From Chiloscyllium plagiosum (Eukaryota): 64,000 nucleotides of DNA. Of this stretch, positions 49,331 through 62,757 are shown piece after piece. The translations under genes were made by a program, and so were the position numbers. The notes under the pieces are model-generated. The model did not search any database, was not told the origin of the DNA, and saw only the letters and a program-made list of their open reading frames with translations. The stretch covers positions 15,688,545 to 15,752,544 of the forward strand of contig NC_057750.1 in assembly GCF_004010195.1 (NCBI RefSeq), given 5' to 3'. The stretch's first letter is position 1. Every line of letters starts with the position of its first letter.

Positions 49331-52300
49331 ACAATTGATTATATTGTGATTTTCTAACTGTCATGGAATTCCCTGTTACATCACCCAAGTGTATGAAGAC
49401 AGATGGAGAATGTTGGCAGAAATTGAACTGTTATGACTGGTGTCCAGTTATACGAGACCAATAATTGGAACAGAACATATCATGACAATTATAAAACAAT
49501 TGTGTCAGCTATTACATTATTAATTTTTTGAAAGGTGCTGGAAACTTCTTGAAGGTAAACATGTCGAATTATACAGATCAAAGGAAATCCCATAATGTAC
49601 CCCTATAATTAATGATTTGCAGCCGTTTCATGAATAGGACAGTCAATCAGGTTGAGTGTGACACCAAAGCATACTTCTGCCAAAACGGTCCAAGGGTCCA
49701 GTTGAGGTGATGGACAGCAAACCAGTACTGTGCCTGGTGAATTGGGGCATGTGCCTGACTCACATTAGGCTAGAATGCTGTCTGCATGAATTGATTTGTA
49801 TATATTTACTATTTCTTCTAGAAAGCTCAGACAAGTCAACAGGATTCCGAAAACTCGGATAGTTACGAAAATGAATGGTTAAACAATGACAGTGAGACAT
49901 GGAGTCCTGACAGCACAGATTCTGTCTCAATTGAATATGAAGAATTACAGCCACGAAGTAATAGTTACCAGAATTATGTACACATGGAAAATCAACATTA
50001 GTTTCTTTCCCCAGATAGCCTAGTAAAGCACACCCTCTGCCAATCAAAGTAAAACTTCTAATGATTTTTCAATATGACAAATGCCTTGCATCTTTGCCAC
50101 CAAATAAATAGTCATTAAATCCTCAACTGTAAGCATCAGTTTATTTATAATACAGCATGGTGAAAATGTATACCTCTAACCCAATCGAATGAATCATTGT
50201 GCTAAAACATGCCAGGCCTGAAAGCAGAGTGGTGGGTAGCCGGGTGATGTTGGAATGCAGCAGAGAGGAGATTTGGGGGTACAATAGTCAAAACTAAAAA
50301 AAGTGGCCAGTTTAAAGAGTTTGAGTCTACGTGCTTGTTAAACCCATTTCTGAAATCGACGTCCTCAAATCCCAAAACTTTGGGAAGTTTAAGAATAAGC
50401 TTTGATCTGTTTTTCAGTGTTAAAACCTGAAATGCACACTGTGTATTCTGTATTATTAATAAAACTGTTTGAAAATGAATCAGGCTTGTCAGGCTGAATA
50501 ATCTTCCCCGAGTCCACATTCTTGAGTAAGGGGAAATGCTCCCAAAGAGGGGCCTTAACCACATGATGTGTCTTGTCAGGTTTGGTGACAAAGTTGCTCT
50601 CGAGGAAATCATTAAGCCATTGTCAGCAATTCCCTAGTTCTTCACCCTCCAAGTCATCTCTCTAAAGAAAGAGCAACTCTATGGTTCAGTAGGACTACAG
50701 CAACTTAACCTTTTACCCAGGTAGAGGATGTTGGCAAGGATTGTACTGTGACAACTGGTGTACCTATGCCATGCCAATGAAGAGAACAAAATGCCATGGC
50801 AGTTATGTCACCAATTATACTCCAAGAGACAGTGACAGCACTAGTCCTGTAATCCAAAGGCCAATATTCGTGGGACATGGGTTCAAATCCCACTGAGACA
50901 GATGGTGCATTCAATCAATAAATCTGGAATTGAAACTAGTCTCAGTGATTGTGAAGATGAAACCATTGCTAATTATTGCAAAAACTTATCTAGTTCACTA
51001 ATAACTGGGAAGGATGAAAAATTGCCACTCTTAATTATCTGCCTTCCATGTGTGAATCCAGACCCACAGTGATTCCCCTTCTGAAATCGCCAAGCAAGCT
51101 ACTCAGTTCAAGAGCAAATGAGAGAAAGGGCAACAAATGCTAACCATGCCAGTAATGTCAGTATTCTGTGAAAAAACAAAAACACAATAATCATTCCATG
51201 CCAAGTATTATACTGAAAATACCAGGTTAATCACTGAACCAATTTTACCAGAGTGAATATTAAATTATATAATGTTCATTATACCAATTACTGATTACAC
51301 CAATTAGACCACCACTGTACTGAATATTGCACTTTTTATACCATGTTGATTATTCCACTAATTGAACTAATTATTTCATCAAGAATACCTTGTCGATTGC
51401 TGCACTATTATACTGTACCAATTTACATAATTTTATTGTTCTCTTCCTAAAACACCCTTTATTCTCCCAACTCCAAGTGCTACACCTTCTAGACACCCTC
51501 ATCTCCTATGCCCCAAATATATTTACCTGTCTCTCAACCTTCATTCTTTCGACTATCAATTATTGTCCATCCCTTCCATTTCCTCTCTTTCATCCAGCAA
51601 ATGAAGGACTTGCATTTATAAAGCAGTAATCACCACCTCAGGACATTTACAAGTGCTTTACAGCCAAAGAAATATTTCTTAATGTAGTCTCCTTTGCACG
51701 AAAGGAAATGTAGAAGCAATCTTTTACATAACAAGATCATGATTTTGGAGAAGATTTGTAGCTCAGGTTATGCATCAGGTTGTAAGTTTGCTTGCTGAGC
51801 TGGTAGATTTGTTCTTAGTCGTTTCATCACCATGCTAGGTAATATCATCAGTGAGCCTCCAATGAAGACTATGAAAATGTTCCTCATTCTTCTACTTTTT
51901 TTCCCGCATGAGATGTGAGCATCACTTGCAAGGCTAGCACTGGTAAACCATTCCTAATTGTGCTTGAATCAAGTGACATTTCAGAGCTATTTCAGAGGTT
52001 AGTTACCAGTCAGCCATGTTTTTGGGTCTGGAATCACATAGGTCAGACCAAGAAAGAATGGTAGATTTACTTCCCGAAAGGAACCAGATGGGTTTTCATG
52101 GCAATTGATGACACTATGATATCACCATTACTAAAACCAGGTAAATTTAATTTCAATTCCATTAGCAGCTACTGTGGAACTGGCAGAGCTGGCCCAAGCA
52201 TTTCTGATGCCCTCAGTGAATTTTGACCTTGTGCTCCCCAATCCACATTCAAACAAACCGAAAGATGAGAAGTCCAGAACAAAATTTTAATCTTTAATCA

Positions 52301-54247
52301 GGTTTGAAGAAGAAACGTACCAGACTCGAAACATTAACTCTGCTCGTGCTCTCCATGGAGGCTGCCAGACTTGCTGGGCTTCTCCAGCATCTTGTGTGTT
52401 TGTTTCAGGTTTCCATCATCCATATTTTCCTTTCAGATATTTTCTGATCAACCTGTTCAGAGAGGTTCTGTCATACCTCTAGAATATATGGGACTTGAAT
52501 TGAGCAAGGCCTCCTTGCTCAGAGGAAGCGAATGCTACCACAGTATCACAAAAGCCTCGCAAAGTGTTGTCTTCAGATGCTTTTAACCAATCAGGTCAGA
52601 CACATTATGACACCCCTCTAGAGCAGATAGGACTTGAACCTAAGCGTTTGAACTCAGAGGGAGGGACACTATCACTGTGCCACAACAGCTGAGAAGCTTA
52701 CTTTTATTTTAGTATTTAATTGGCAAATTTGGCACCATTTAAAGCCTGATACCCTGGACAGCCACCTACTTCACTGATATGAATGGGCTGGCAACCAATC
52801 ATAACTACTGTCCACATTAAAATACTGACAACATTCAGTCTCTGCTATCAAGCACAACACTTGAAGTTTACTTTTAATCCCCATAACCAAGTGACACAGA
52901 TGAAGAGCATCTCTGCACCCAGTTCTGGTCAGCCCACTTCAGGGAGCATCACTGACCATATGCAGTAGTTATTAACTGGAATGGTTTTAGCTTGGCATAG
53001 GGGTGAGGAGGTATTGGATTTTAGTAACAAGGTTTGGTTGGAGATACTGGGGTGAATCTTCTTGGAGTTAAAGAGGTGAAGGGGAGATTTGATCAAGGTG
53101 GTGTCAGGATTAAGTAAGGTGGAGAAAAAAAGCTATTTCCATTGGCTGTTGGCATGATTTAAGATTTAAGATTTTGAGCAAAAAGAGGGGGTAAGTGAGG
53201 AGCAATGTTGTTATATAACAAACAGTAAGAACCCACCATTCACAAGGGTGATGGAAAACAGGCAATTATCTCAAAATGTAATCAGGCAGGTACTTGAGTG
53301 AAATAAACGTACAAGGTAAATGGAAGAGTGAATAGGATTGACTCACTTCCCCATTCAGGAGCCAATGTAGATTCAATGGGCTGAATGGCCTCCTTCTGTA
53401 TTGTAATGACAGGAGGCATTTTCCATAATGCTACGGTGGTCTTATTTAATCTGGGAAGCACTGCAGTAATGAAAATTTGAGATTTCTTTAAAATATCTGT
53501 GGAATGTATAAAGGTTATGGTGAATGCTTATTAAGGACTTTGCATCATTTGTATGAAATTAATCAAGTCATTGCCTTGGATAATATGACATAGTTCCCAA
53601 TTCATCCAAACAGGCAAACAAATCATCTTACCTCAGTCAAAACCCCTCAGAATCTATGATTAATTGCTCACATCCTGCAATCATGTTTACTCAGCAATCT
53701 AGAAGGTACCACCTTGGTTGCTTCTCTTCACATTCTCTCCAGGATTTCTCAACCCACAAAGGGGATACTCACCAGTCACCTGGCTGGAAACAGCTGTAAA
53801 ATAGGCATGATCTTCCAGGAATGAAGTCTGCTCAATTGATGTCCCTGCCACTGGATTCTATATTTTACTGTGCCAAACTGGGAACACTGTAGGGTGCAGA
53901 GGGTACAATCCCTGGAATACACCACATAAACCCTTAGAGAGCAATTCTCCAACATGCCCCAATTCTGTAGCCAGCAAGAACAATAATATTGGAATGATAC
54001 ACTTAGCATAAAATTTGAGTACTGTTGAAAAATGCCAGAGACTTTTCATCTTGTGCTTTCAAAATAGCTGCAAGAATACCAAATTTCAAAAGGAACAACA
54101 ACTTTTACTTCTTCAGAAACAAGGATCGATTAGTTGGTAAGCAAACTCCAGTTTGTTGAGATGGTGCCATGGGGAATGCAGCACACTTATCCCTTATGCT
54201 TTATTTAAATTTAATCATTCAAAATTTAACATTGTGCTACTCCCTAG

Positions 54248-54343
54248 TGCTGGACAGCCAGTCTCAATGGCCCGCAGCACTTGGAGGCAGGCATCCACTC
54301 TGCAGATGCCGAGAACCCCATGTGCCACCAGGGAAGTGGTTGA
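54248..54343 (+). CDS. HIPK4: Candidate HIPK4 terminal coding exon (CWTASLNGPQHLEAGIHSADAENPMCHQGSG*)
   Basis: A GC-richer island in AT-rich DNA with acceptor TTTAAC..GCTACTCCCTAG|. It is phase 0, compatible with the 42679 donor. Not confirmed by strong homology. Confidence 0.3.
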   Translation, partial: CWTASLNGPQHLEAGIHSADAENPMCHQGSG

Positions 54344-55419
54344 GTTGCACTAAGTCAGGATGGTTGGGGTGAGCTGGGATTTTGAACTCAATGAACCTTC
54401 TCTGTATTAAGCAGAACAAACTGAGCTTCTTTAATCTCTCCATATCACTGGAGGTCTCATCTCCTGTGCCCAATCTCTTAAAGTCTGGAGAAATTTGAAC
54501 AAAGAATGGTTAAAATGTCAATCATCAACTCTCAATCTCTTTTGACTTGAAGTCACCAGAAGTCAAAAATAGCAAGATCCCACAATTATAGAATGTTGAG
54601 ATGATCTGTTTTTGGTGTTGGTTAAAAGATAAATATTGACAGAGATGGAGGAAAAAAAACTCCCTTCAATTCAGGTAGAGCCATGGGGAATATTAGTACT
54701 AAAGGCAACCTGGATTATCCGAACAATACAGGCAGGGAGTATTTTGTTTGGATATATGAATGTTTGGATAATCAATTGCTCACCCAAGCATCGGGACCTT
54801 GAGATCGTGTTCGGATAATCCAAAATTCAGATAATTGGAGTTCGAATAACCAAGGTTGCACTGTATTTGAAAGGCAAATTGGTTGTTAGTATTTAATAAC
54901 TCATACAATCTGGCATGACAACACTGTTTCAAATACTGCGTATGGTGCCCATCTAGATTTGTTGCACTCAAGTCCTGGAAACAGCCTCAGACGCTGATGA
55001 CAGCTGGTAGAAAGAAGGTCAATGTTCACATACTTGAGCACTGAGAAGCTTAGTATGTCCTGTTACGGAGGTGTATGATCACTGACACTCTTGACACACT
55101 TCCTGTGCAAAAAGGGGTATTAATGGGGTTACTTTTATTTTTAGTTTCACAAGTGGTTGCTGGCAAGGTCAGTGATCCTTACTTACTTTTGAAGGGAGTG
55201 TCTCATACAGCTATTTCAGAAATGCAAGAGAAATGCAAGAGCCTTGGCTGGATCAGAGTGGGGCCAGATTTCAGTCACATATAGACCCAAGATTGGAACA
55301 GATTCCACAACACTGAAATCTGCCAATAAGGCCCCAGTTTACTGACAGGTTAAAAAAAAGCTAATTCTAAAAAAGTGGTGAGAACACTTTAATTATATCC
55401 TCAACTGCCAGTCCTTATC

Positions 55420-55785
55420 TATTATTGAAGCAACAATCAACAGGCTACCCAGAGATTGCCAATGTCTCTTGATGCCCTTTCACACTTTTGGAAATGGCAA
55501 ACATAAATCAAACGTCTACCTAGCAACAAAGCTCCAGAAGTTGGTGCTATCCCAGCACATCTGCCTTGCTGGAGGTCAATGCCAGGTCAGTAAGTTCAAT
55601 AAACTTTGTCAGTCTATGTGAAGATAAGGCATCACTCAGCAAGTATGCAAATTTACCTCCATTATGCATCTATACAAGCAGAAAAGAACTCACTGATCTT
55701 GCAATGGTCATTGAGGAACACCACTCATTTTTGCTCAGTTACCAGCAAAACCTTCGCCAGAATCCTTGTGAACTGCTTGGTGGAA
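55420..55785 (+). mobile_element. RTE-clade LINE remnant
   Basis: LPSNKAPEVGAIPA (like KAPGxDGIPAE) and SVTSKTFARILVNCL (like LSVxGKILARILLNRL). Confidence 0.5.
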
Positions 55786-56567
55786 CTTCAGATGATAGTT
55801 CAGGTAGAGTAAAGAAAGCAAGCGTTGAATTAAATGGCATATTTGAACCTGATGAAATCAGAGGAAATGAGGAATAATCTACAGAGTTGAAAAGAGTGAT
55901 GAAAAGTACAATAACCTTCTGGAAATGTGTGTGAGTGGCAGGTTCCTGATTAAAAGCTTCAAATATTGCACCAAAACATATCCATGAACATCCAGGAACT
56001 TGGTATTTTTTGGGAGAATGGAATAGGCACCAAGCAGAGTTGTAGAAAGTCAGTTCTCAAGGAAATAAGTCTGGGTTACCACCCTCACCCTATTCTTCAC
56101 CAGCTTTAAAATATTGTGATCAACAACTTGACAGGGTGAATGCCAACAGGATGTTTCCCCTCGTGGGAGAAACTAGAACATGGGATCATTGTTTCAACCA
56201 GAGGTCACTTGCTTAAGATGCAGATGAGGAGATATTTTCTTTCTGGAATTTGAGACACTGTGGAACATACTCTTCCCCAAAGAATGATCAAAGTGAGCCC
56301 AGTAAACACTTTTAAGGCGGAGATTGATAGATTTTTGACTAAAGGGAAAGACAAAGGGTTGGCAGGAAAGTGGTATTGGGCCACAATCTTATTGAATGGT
56401 TGAACAGGTTTAAGGGCTGAGTGGCCTACTCCTGAACTTGTATATTCATATGTTTATCACACTAACGTGTAATGTAATAACGCAGGTACTTACAGTCAGG
56501 CTTTTAAAACAGACATTATCAAACATTTTGCTTCCAATCCGAAACTGCTCTCTCACTATTTATAAAT

Positions 56568-56725
56568 GATTTGGAGATGCCGGTGTTGGAGTGGGGTGTA
56601 CAAAGTTAAACATCACACAACACCAGGTTATAGTGGTTGTCACCTGATGAAGAAACAGCTCTCCGAAAGCTAGTGCTTCCAATTAAACCTTTTGAACTGT
56701 AACCTGGTGTTGTGTGATTTTTAAC
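56568..56725. mobile_element. Penelope family-2 fold-back mini-element with a hammerhead motif
   Basis: Inverted arms at about 56607-56635 and 56696-56725 surround CAC-CTGATGA...GAAAGCTA-GTG (56641-56675). Confidence 0.7.
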
Positions 56726-57078
56726 CACTTATAAACCTTGTGATGTGGAAGGTGCTGCTGTTGGAACAGGGTAGACAAAATCAGAAGTCACACAACACCA
56801 GGACATTGTCCAACAGGTCTATTTGAAATCAGAAGCTATCAGAGCATAGCCTCTGTCAGGTGAAGTCTTGTGGATCAGCTGCGCTCTAGACCTTGGGGCA
56901 GTTTCTTAGCTCACTCTGTTTTAAGAGTTAATTTCACCAGTGTTTCCCACTAAGTAATTAATAATCATTTAAAATCATTTCAGCTTTTCATAAAACTATT
57001 GAAAAAGTGACTTGAACAACTTAGAGGATCCAGAACCAGTCTGAGAAAGTCCTCAAGATTGTTGAACTGAAAATAGAT

Positions 57079-57084
57079 TTTATT
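57079..57084 (-). promoter_or_regulatory. Putative polyadenylation signal (AATAAA) of the PLD3-like gene; a second candidate lies at 57244-57249
   Basis: TTTATT on + lies about 1 kb past the stop codon, at the end of a repeat-free stretch (about 57060-58089) consistent with a 3'UTR. Confidence 0.5.
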
Positions 57085-58089
57085 TCAAAACTGACAAAAG
57101 TAGGTGTACAGTACAAGGTCGCATAATGTGCATTGAAAATGCAGTACATCAAGCTCCAACATCTCTGGCATTCTCCCCACATTTAATGTGGCCACTTAAT
57201 GGGGAAACTGGATCAAATAAAATTATATCTGTGCAAACACATTTTTATTTCCTTTGGAGGTACTTATACTGTAAGTTGTTCCTGTTAGAATTGGAACAAA
57301 CATCATGCGCTCCCAGAACAGATACGCACAGGTCAGATAAAAAGCTCCCTTCACACTGTCCCCAACACTCCCAGATCAGGTACAGCAAGGTGTCAAATAC
57401 AGAATAAAGGTTCTTCGTAGAGCAGACTGACAAGAGCAGTGTGGCGTCCATAGCACTGTGGTGACCGCTTTGCAACTGTTGGCCTGTATGCTCCATGTGA
57501 GATTACTGAATCAAAGCTACTTTGCCAATATGGACCAAATCCAGCAGGTTGACAAACACATTACCTGTTAGGATTCTTACAGCAACTGACCAGGGAGACA
57601 TTGATCTTGGCTCATATCTCGATAAGTGGTAGGTCCAGCATTTAGAGACCCACCCAGCCTGACAATCTGACTCAGACTGTGAACACACAGGAATACAAAG
57701 GCAGTATGCAGTAATCCCAGGGTAATTACAAGGGTGTTGGTAACACTCATTGCCAGACAGCTTCTGCACAAGTACCAATTTCTGTCAGGTTGAATTTCTA
57801 TGAAAGATAGTCCACTCATTTCTCAAGGCAATCCTGGAGCAATGGCAAAGTTGTGATTCCCAGGATCTTCTGTCAAGATTGTCGACTGATCAGAAGTACT
57901 CAATGAAAATTCAACTCCATGATCACATCTTTTGCCATCACTCGCTGTCGAATGTTACACCTTGAAGGGCATTGATGAATGAGACTCAGGATCAATTAGG
58001 ATTCCAGATCCATTTTTGGGTTGTGCAGGATTTTGGTTCTCATGTTGGTTCAACATTGGCACTGAGTGAATAATTTCTCCACAGACCTG

Positions 58090-58292
58090 TTAGATATATT
58101 TACAGATCTGACTCCAATCCTCACCTTCAGTCAGGGGTTTGCTAAACGGTGAGTGCCAGTCTCGACTAAACACATCCTGCAGTTGTTTTCGCACGGAAGA
58201 GCCTGAGGAGTGCCTCATTGTGCTGCTCTGGTTAACCACCAGGCCCACACCTGCTGTGTTATTAAAGTAGTCACCAGACCAGTTGGAAGTCC
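58090..58292 (-). CDS. PLD3: Phospholipase D family member 3 (5'-3' exonuclease), last coding exon
   Basis: Acceptor TTTTCCAG|GG; encodes (G)TSNWSGDYFNNTAGVGLVVNQ...RKQLQDVFSRDWHSPFS...QICKYI*. This matches PLD3/PLD4 C-termini. The convergent position next to HIPK4 favours PLD3. Confidence 0.85.
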
Positions 58293-59174
58293 CTGGAAAA
58301 TACACACACATGAAACCATTCTGTTTAAGCATGTCCAGGGGTTTGTGAATAGTTTGGAGACATGGAGCGAGAGGCACACAAAAACAGATTTCAACTTGGG
58401 AATTTCTCTTTATCTCCTATACTATTTCAAGGTGTAGCCAATCTGAATTGGCTATATACCACATTTCTAAAGGAGCAGCTTTGAGCAGGAAGACTAAAAG
58501 CAACATCACTAGGAGGTTGGGGAAACAACTGCACTGTAATTTTTGGCTCATATATCCCACCTATACTACCAACCTTTGTGTCAGCAAACTGAAATAATTA
58601 GTTCTGTAATTGTTTTTTCAAGCATAATAAAGTAATTATTTCAGGCTTTAGCAGAAACTTGGGAACATTTGATCACTTCCTTCAAATTTGAATACATACC
58701 CGTTAACCCTAATTACGTGTCTCCTGCTGACTAGCTAGTCAGTGAACCAGGTAAATAACTTAATTTTATCTAGCAATCTCTTATGCAGAACTTTATCAAA
58801 TACCATCTGGAAATCTTTATAATCTTCCAGTCTATTACTTTAATTATCACTTCCAAACAAGTTAAATATCACTCATTGGACAGGACCTACATTTTACAAA
58901 TCTATATTGTCTCTCTTGAACCAGTTCAGAATTCTGTGTTTGAGACTCAACTTTCCCGAAATAGATGTTAGATGGGCAGGTCTATAAACTTAACTGGCTT
59001 CTCTCACTTTCTCACCCTTTTGAAATAATGGAATTTCATTTGCAGCTTTTTTATTTGGGGTGGGGGGTCCACATAGTGTTTGATTAAGTTTGTCTGATTA
59101 TAGATCCTTGTAGAGTGCTTGACCGCCTTCTCCTATGGGTGGAGCTAATGAGTCAATGACCGACTCCTGACGAT

Positions 59175-61805
59175 GCAGAGGTGCTGGTGTTGGACTGTGA
59201 TGGACAAAGTCAAAAATCACGCAACATCACGTTACAGTCCAACAGGTTTCACTTGAAACTGCAAGCTTTCAGAGCCCCCACTTCTTTCTCAGACAGCTAG
59301 TGAGAGAATACTTCAGACACAGAATTTATAGTAAAAGATCAAAGGGTCATACAATTTACGGAAATGTATTGAACAAATCTAGATGGTTATTAAGTCTTCA
59401 ATGGTTAGAATGGAGGTGCAGGTTGTGATGCATTAATATGTAAATCCCTGCCTCAAGATAACTTGAGGTTTTATCAGAATAAAGGTGACGCCTCTGGTCA
59501 GACAATGCATTTTAGGTGTGAATGCATGTTTCAAATCTGTTTGTATATCATCCTGGAGCCAGACTGGATACAGTCACCGAACAGAGGCTAATAAGTATGT
59601 TTGGTACCCATGAGGATGCCTCAACTGGGATCTTGAGTTCATGTCACATTACAGGTGACCCCGCCCACATTCACCCTCACGTGCATATACTCCTCCCCAC
59701 CCTCTCACATGCATATACTGTTCCCCGTCCCCTCACGTGCATAATACCCCCTGACGTGCATGGTATTCCCCTGCCCACACTCACCCCCTGATGCGCATGG
59801 TACGCCCCCGCCCACACTCTCCCTCTAACGTGCATAATACTCCCCAACCCCCTCTCGCCTCTGACGCACATAAAACACCCCCTCTCACATGCATACACTC
59901 CCTCGGCCACACATACTTTCCGCTACCCCCCCACTTGTCCTCTCACGTGCATATACACCCCCNNNNNNNNNNNNNNNNNNNNNNNNNNNNNNNNNNNNNN
60001 NNNNNNNNNNNNNNNNNNNNNNNNNNNNNNNNNNNNNNNNNNNNNNNNNNNNNNNNNNNNNNNNNNNNNNNNNNNNNNNNNNNNNNNNNNNNNNNNNNNN
60101 NNNNNNNNNNNNNNNNNNNNNNNNNNNNNNNNNNNNNNNNNNNNNNNNNNNNNNNNNNNNNNNNNNNNNNNNNNNNNNNNNNNNNNNNNNNNNNNNNNNN
60201 NNNNNNNNNNNNNNNNNNNNNNNNNNNNNNNNNNNNNNNNNNNNNNNNNNNNNNNNNNNNNNNNNNNNNNNNNNNNNNNNNNNNNNNNNNNNNNNNNNNN
60301 NNNNNNNNNNNNNNNNNNNNNNNNNNNNNNNNNNNNNNNNNNNNNNNNNNNNNNNNNNNNNNNNNNNNNNNNNNNNNNNNNNNNNNNNNNNNNNNNNNNN
60401 NNNNNNNNNNNNNNNNNNNNNNNNNNNNNNNNNNNNNNNNNNNNNNNNNNNNNNNNNNNNNNNNNNNNNNNNNNNNNNNNNNNNNNNNNNNNNNNNNNNN
60501 NNNNNNNNNNNNNNNNNNNNNNNNNNNNNNNNNNNNNNNNNNNNNNNNNNNNNNNNNNNNNNNNNNNNNNNNNNNNNNNNNNNNNNNNNNNNNNNNNNNN
60601 NNNNNNNNNNNNNNNNNNNNNNNNNNNNNNNNNNNNNNNNNNNNNNNNNNNNNNNNNNNNNNNNNNNNNNNNNNNNNNNNNNNNNNNNNNNNNNNNNNNN
60701 NNNNNNNNNNNNNNNNNNNNNNNNNNNNNNNNNNNNNNNNNNNNNNNNNNNNNNNNNNNNNNNNNNNNNNNNNNNNNNNNNNNNNNNNNNNNNNNNNNNN
60801 NNNNNNNNNNNNNNNNNNNNNNNNNNNNNNNNNNNNNNNNNNNNNNNNNNNNNNNNNNNNNNNNNNNNNNNNNNNNNNNNNNNNNNNNNNNNNNNNNNNN
60901 NNNNNNNNNNNNNNNNNNNNNNNNNNNNNNNNNNNNNNNNNNNNNNNNNNNNNNNNNNNTTCGCACGCATATACTCCCTCTCCCCACACACCCTCCCCCC
61001 CCGCCCACCACATTCACCCTCTCACCCATCTATATTCCCTCACACTCGCGCACCCTCCGAAGCACACACTAACATGCACACATACTCCCTCTCAAGCACA
61101 CATAAATCTATGGGGTAAATTTGCAGGTACATTCTATTTTGTTCAAAGAGCACACAATCTGTACACATGATGTGGCGGTGCCGGTGTTGGGTTGGGGTGG
61201 ACAAAGTTAAAATTCACACCACACTTGGTTATAGTCAAACAGGTTTGTTTGGAAGTACAAGCTTTCGGAGAGCTTCCTAATGAAGGAGCAGCGCAACGAT
61301 ACCTTGTACTCCCAAAAACAACTGTTGGACTACAATCTGGTGTATAATTTGTAAACTTATAGACAGACAATGTGGCATTTTATAACTTCTTACTTTGGAA
61401 ATAAAACCAGTCTGGCTCCAGGATGAGATATCAACAGACTTGAAAAACGGCTTCACACCTAGAATGCATCTTTTGACCTAGTTAAACTTTGTACACCCCA
61501 GTCCAACATTGGCATCTCCAAATCATGACTACCATTGTCCGACCTAAAGTGTCATCTTTATTCTGATAAAACCTGAAGCTATCTTGAGGCAGGGATTTAC
61601 ATATTAACCAATCCAAACCTGCACTGCCATTCTGATTAAAGACTTAGTAGCCATCTAGGTTTGTTCAACACATTTGCATAAATTGCAAAACCCTTTGATC
61701 TTTTACTATAAATTGTGTCCAGTGTATTCTCTCTCACCAATGTATTCTCTCTCCCTGAAAGCTAGCGGTTTCAAATAAACTTATTGGACTATAACCCGAT
61801 GTGAG
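59175..61805. mobile_element. Penelope family-2 element with long inverted termini and an internal CA-rich tandem array (contains a gap)
   Basis: About 59220-59570 is the reverse complement of about 61400-61805. The core at 59660-61100 has ~30-bp CTCACGTGCATATACTCCC.. units. Nested short inserts lie at 61170-61360 and 61480-61535. Confidence 0.75.
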
Positions 61806-62078
61806 ACTCCTGACTGAAAATTCTAGCAAGCAATGAAACATATCACTCATACACGTTATTACATGTATTAAAAATTCTGCAAAATGACTTTTAAATCATG
61901 TAGATAAACTATTTGAACTTAGAACTATTGCGATATTATTGAGAAAAATAAGAACTCAATCCAGACAACAGTCCAAAATATAGTCTCATTCCTAAACACT
62001 AGCCTTCTGAACATAAATTTGCCATTGCTAAGTTGTAAACCAATTGTGTGCAGGATCAGACAATGTTTGATTGCTTAC

Positions 62079-62178
62079 CAACATAAGCCACTCTGTCCGT
62101 CACCATGTACTTGTTGTGATTGACTCGTGCATAGGGAATGCTACTTTGTTCCGGTGTTGCTGGCACCACGAAAATTCT
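62079..62178 (-). CDS. PLD3: PLD3 penultimate coding exon (second HKD motif)
   Basis: A 100-bp exon bounded by CTTGCAG|AGA and G|GTAAG. It encodes [34 protein letters not shown] and joins the last exon in phase 1. Confidence 0.9.
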
Positions 62179-62329
62179 CTGCAAGAATGAAGCAGGAAGA
62201 ATTATTGTGCTTCCATTGCAAAGCACCTCCAACTGTGCAAGTTGGAGTGGTAGTAATGACAGGTCCTGAATGTTAGTGTGAGTAGGTTCAACAGCCCACC
62301 AGTGCATTGCTGAGTAACAGAGGGCATGG

Positions 62330-62710
62330 CAATAAAGTAACAGAGGGAATGGGTTAGAACATCTTCTTCGGTGCTGAAGGAGATGTTCTAACCCATGGCA
62401 GAGGCCATGGAGTTGGGAGGAACGGTGCAAGAAATTAGTCATTGCATCAATAAATAGCAGAAAAGCTGCAAAGGACCATAGAGACTTGGGGGATCCAAGG
62501 ACACAAATCTCTGCAAATTGCTGGACAGTGCAAACAATCATTTGAAAGTCTAACTGAATGCTCAACCTTATCTAAGGGGCTTAAATACAAAATGGGTGAA
62601 AGTTATGTAGGCTCTAGATGGCACCCCTATCTAGAATATTGTAATCCATTCTAGGTGTGCATCATAGGAGAAATATTTTGGTGTTGGAGGGCATTCTGGT
62701 AGGTTTAACT
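62330..62710 (+). mobile_element. Old CR1 LINE fragment
   Basis: Degenerate RDLGV...LEYC..FW region (AGAGACTTGGGG..., CTAGAATATTGTAATCCATTCTAG). Confidence 0.5.
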
Positions 62711-62757
62711 GACTCAGAACCAGATTTAAAAGGTTTACAGGTTTTTGCATTAGGTGG

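Noticed and set aside
51190..51440. Possible ~11-bp degenerate AT-rich periodicity
   Set aside because: Too degenerate to define a unit by eye.
55566..55877. 103-aa ORF as a HIPK4 terminal exon or a small gene
   Set aside because: It overlaps RTE-LINE-like motifs in another frame and has no convincing splice sites.
62179..62565. 5' part of the 169-aa minus-strand ORF as PLD3 coding sequence
   Set aside because: It lies upstream of a clear acceptor and overlaps a CR1 remnant. Only 62079-62178 is homologous.
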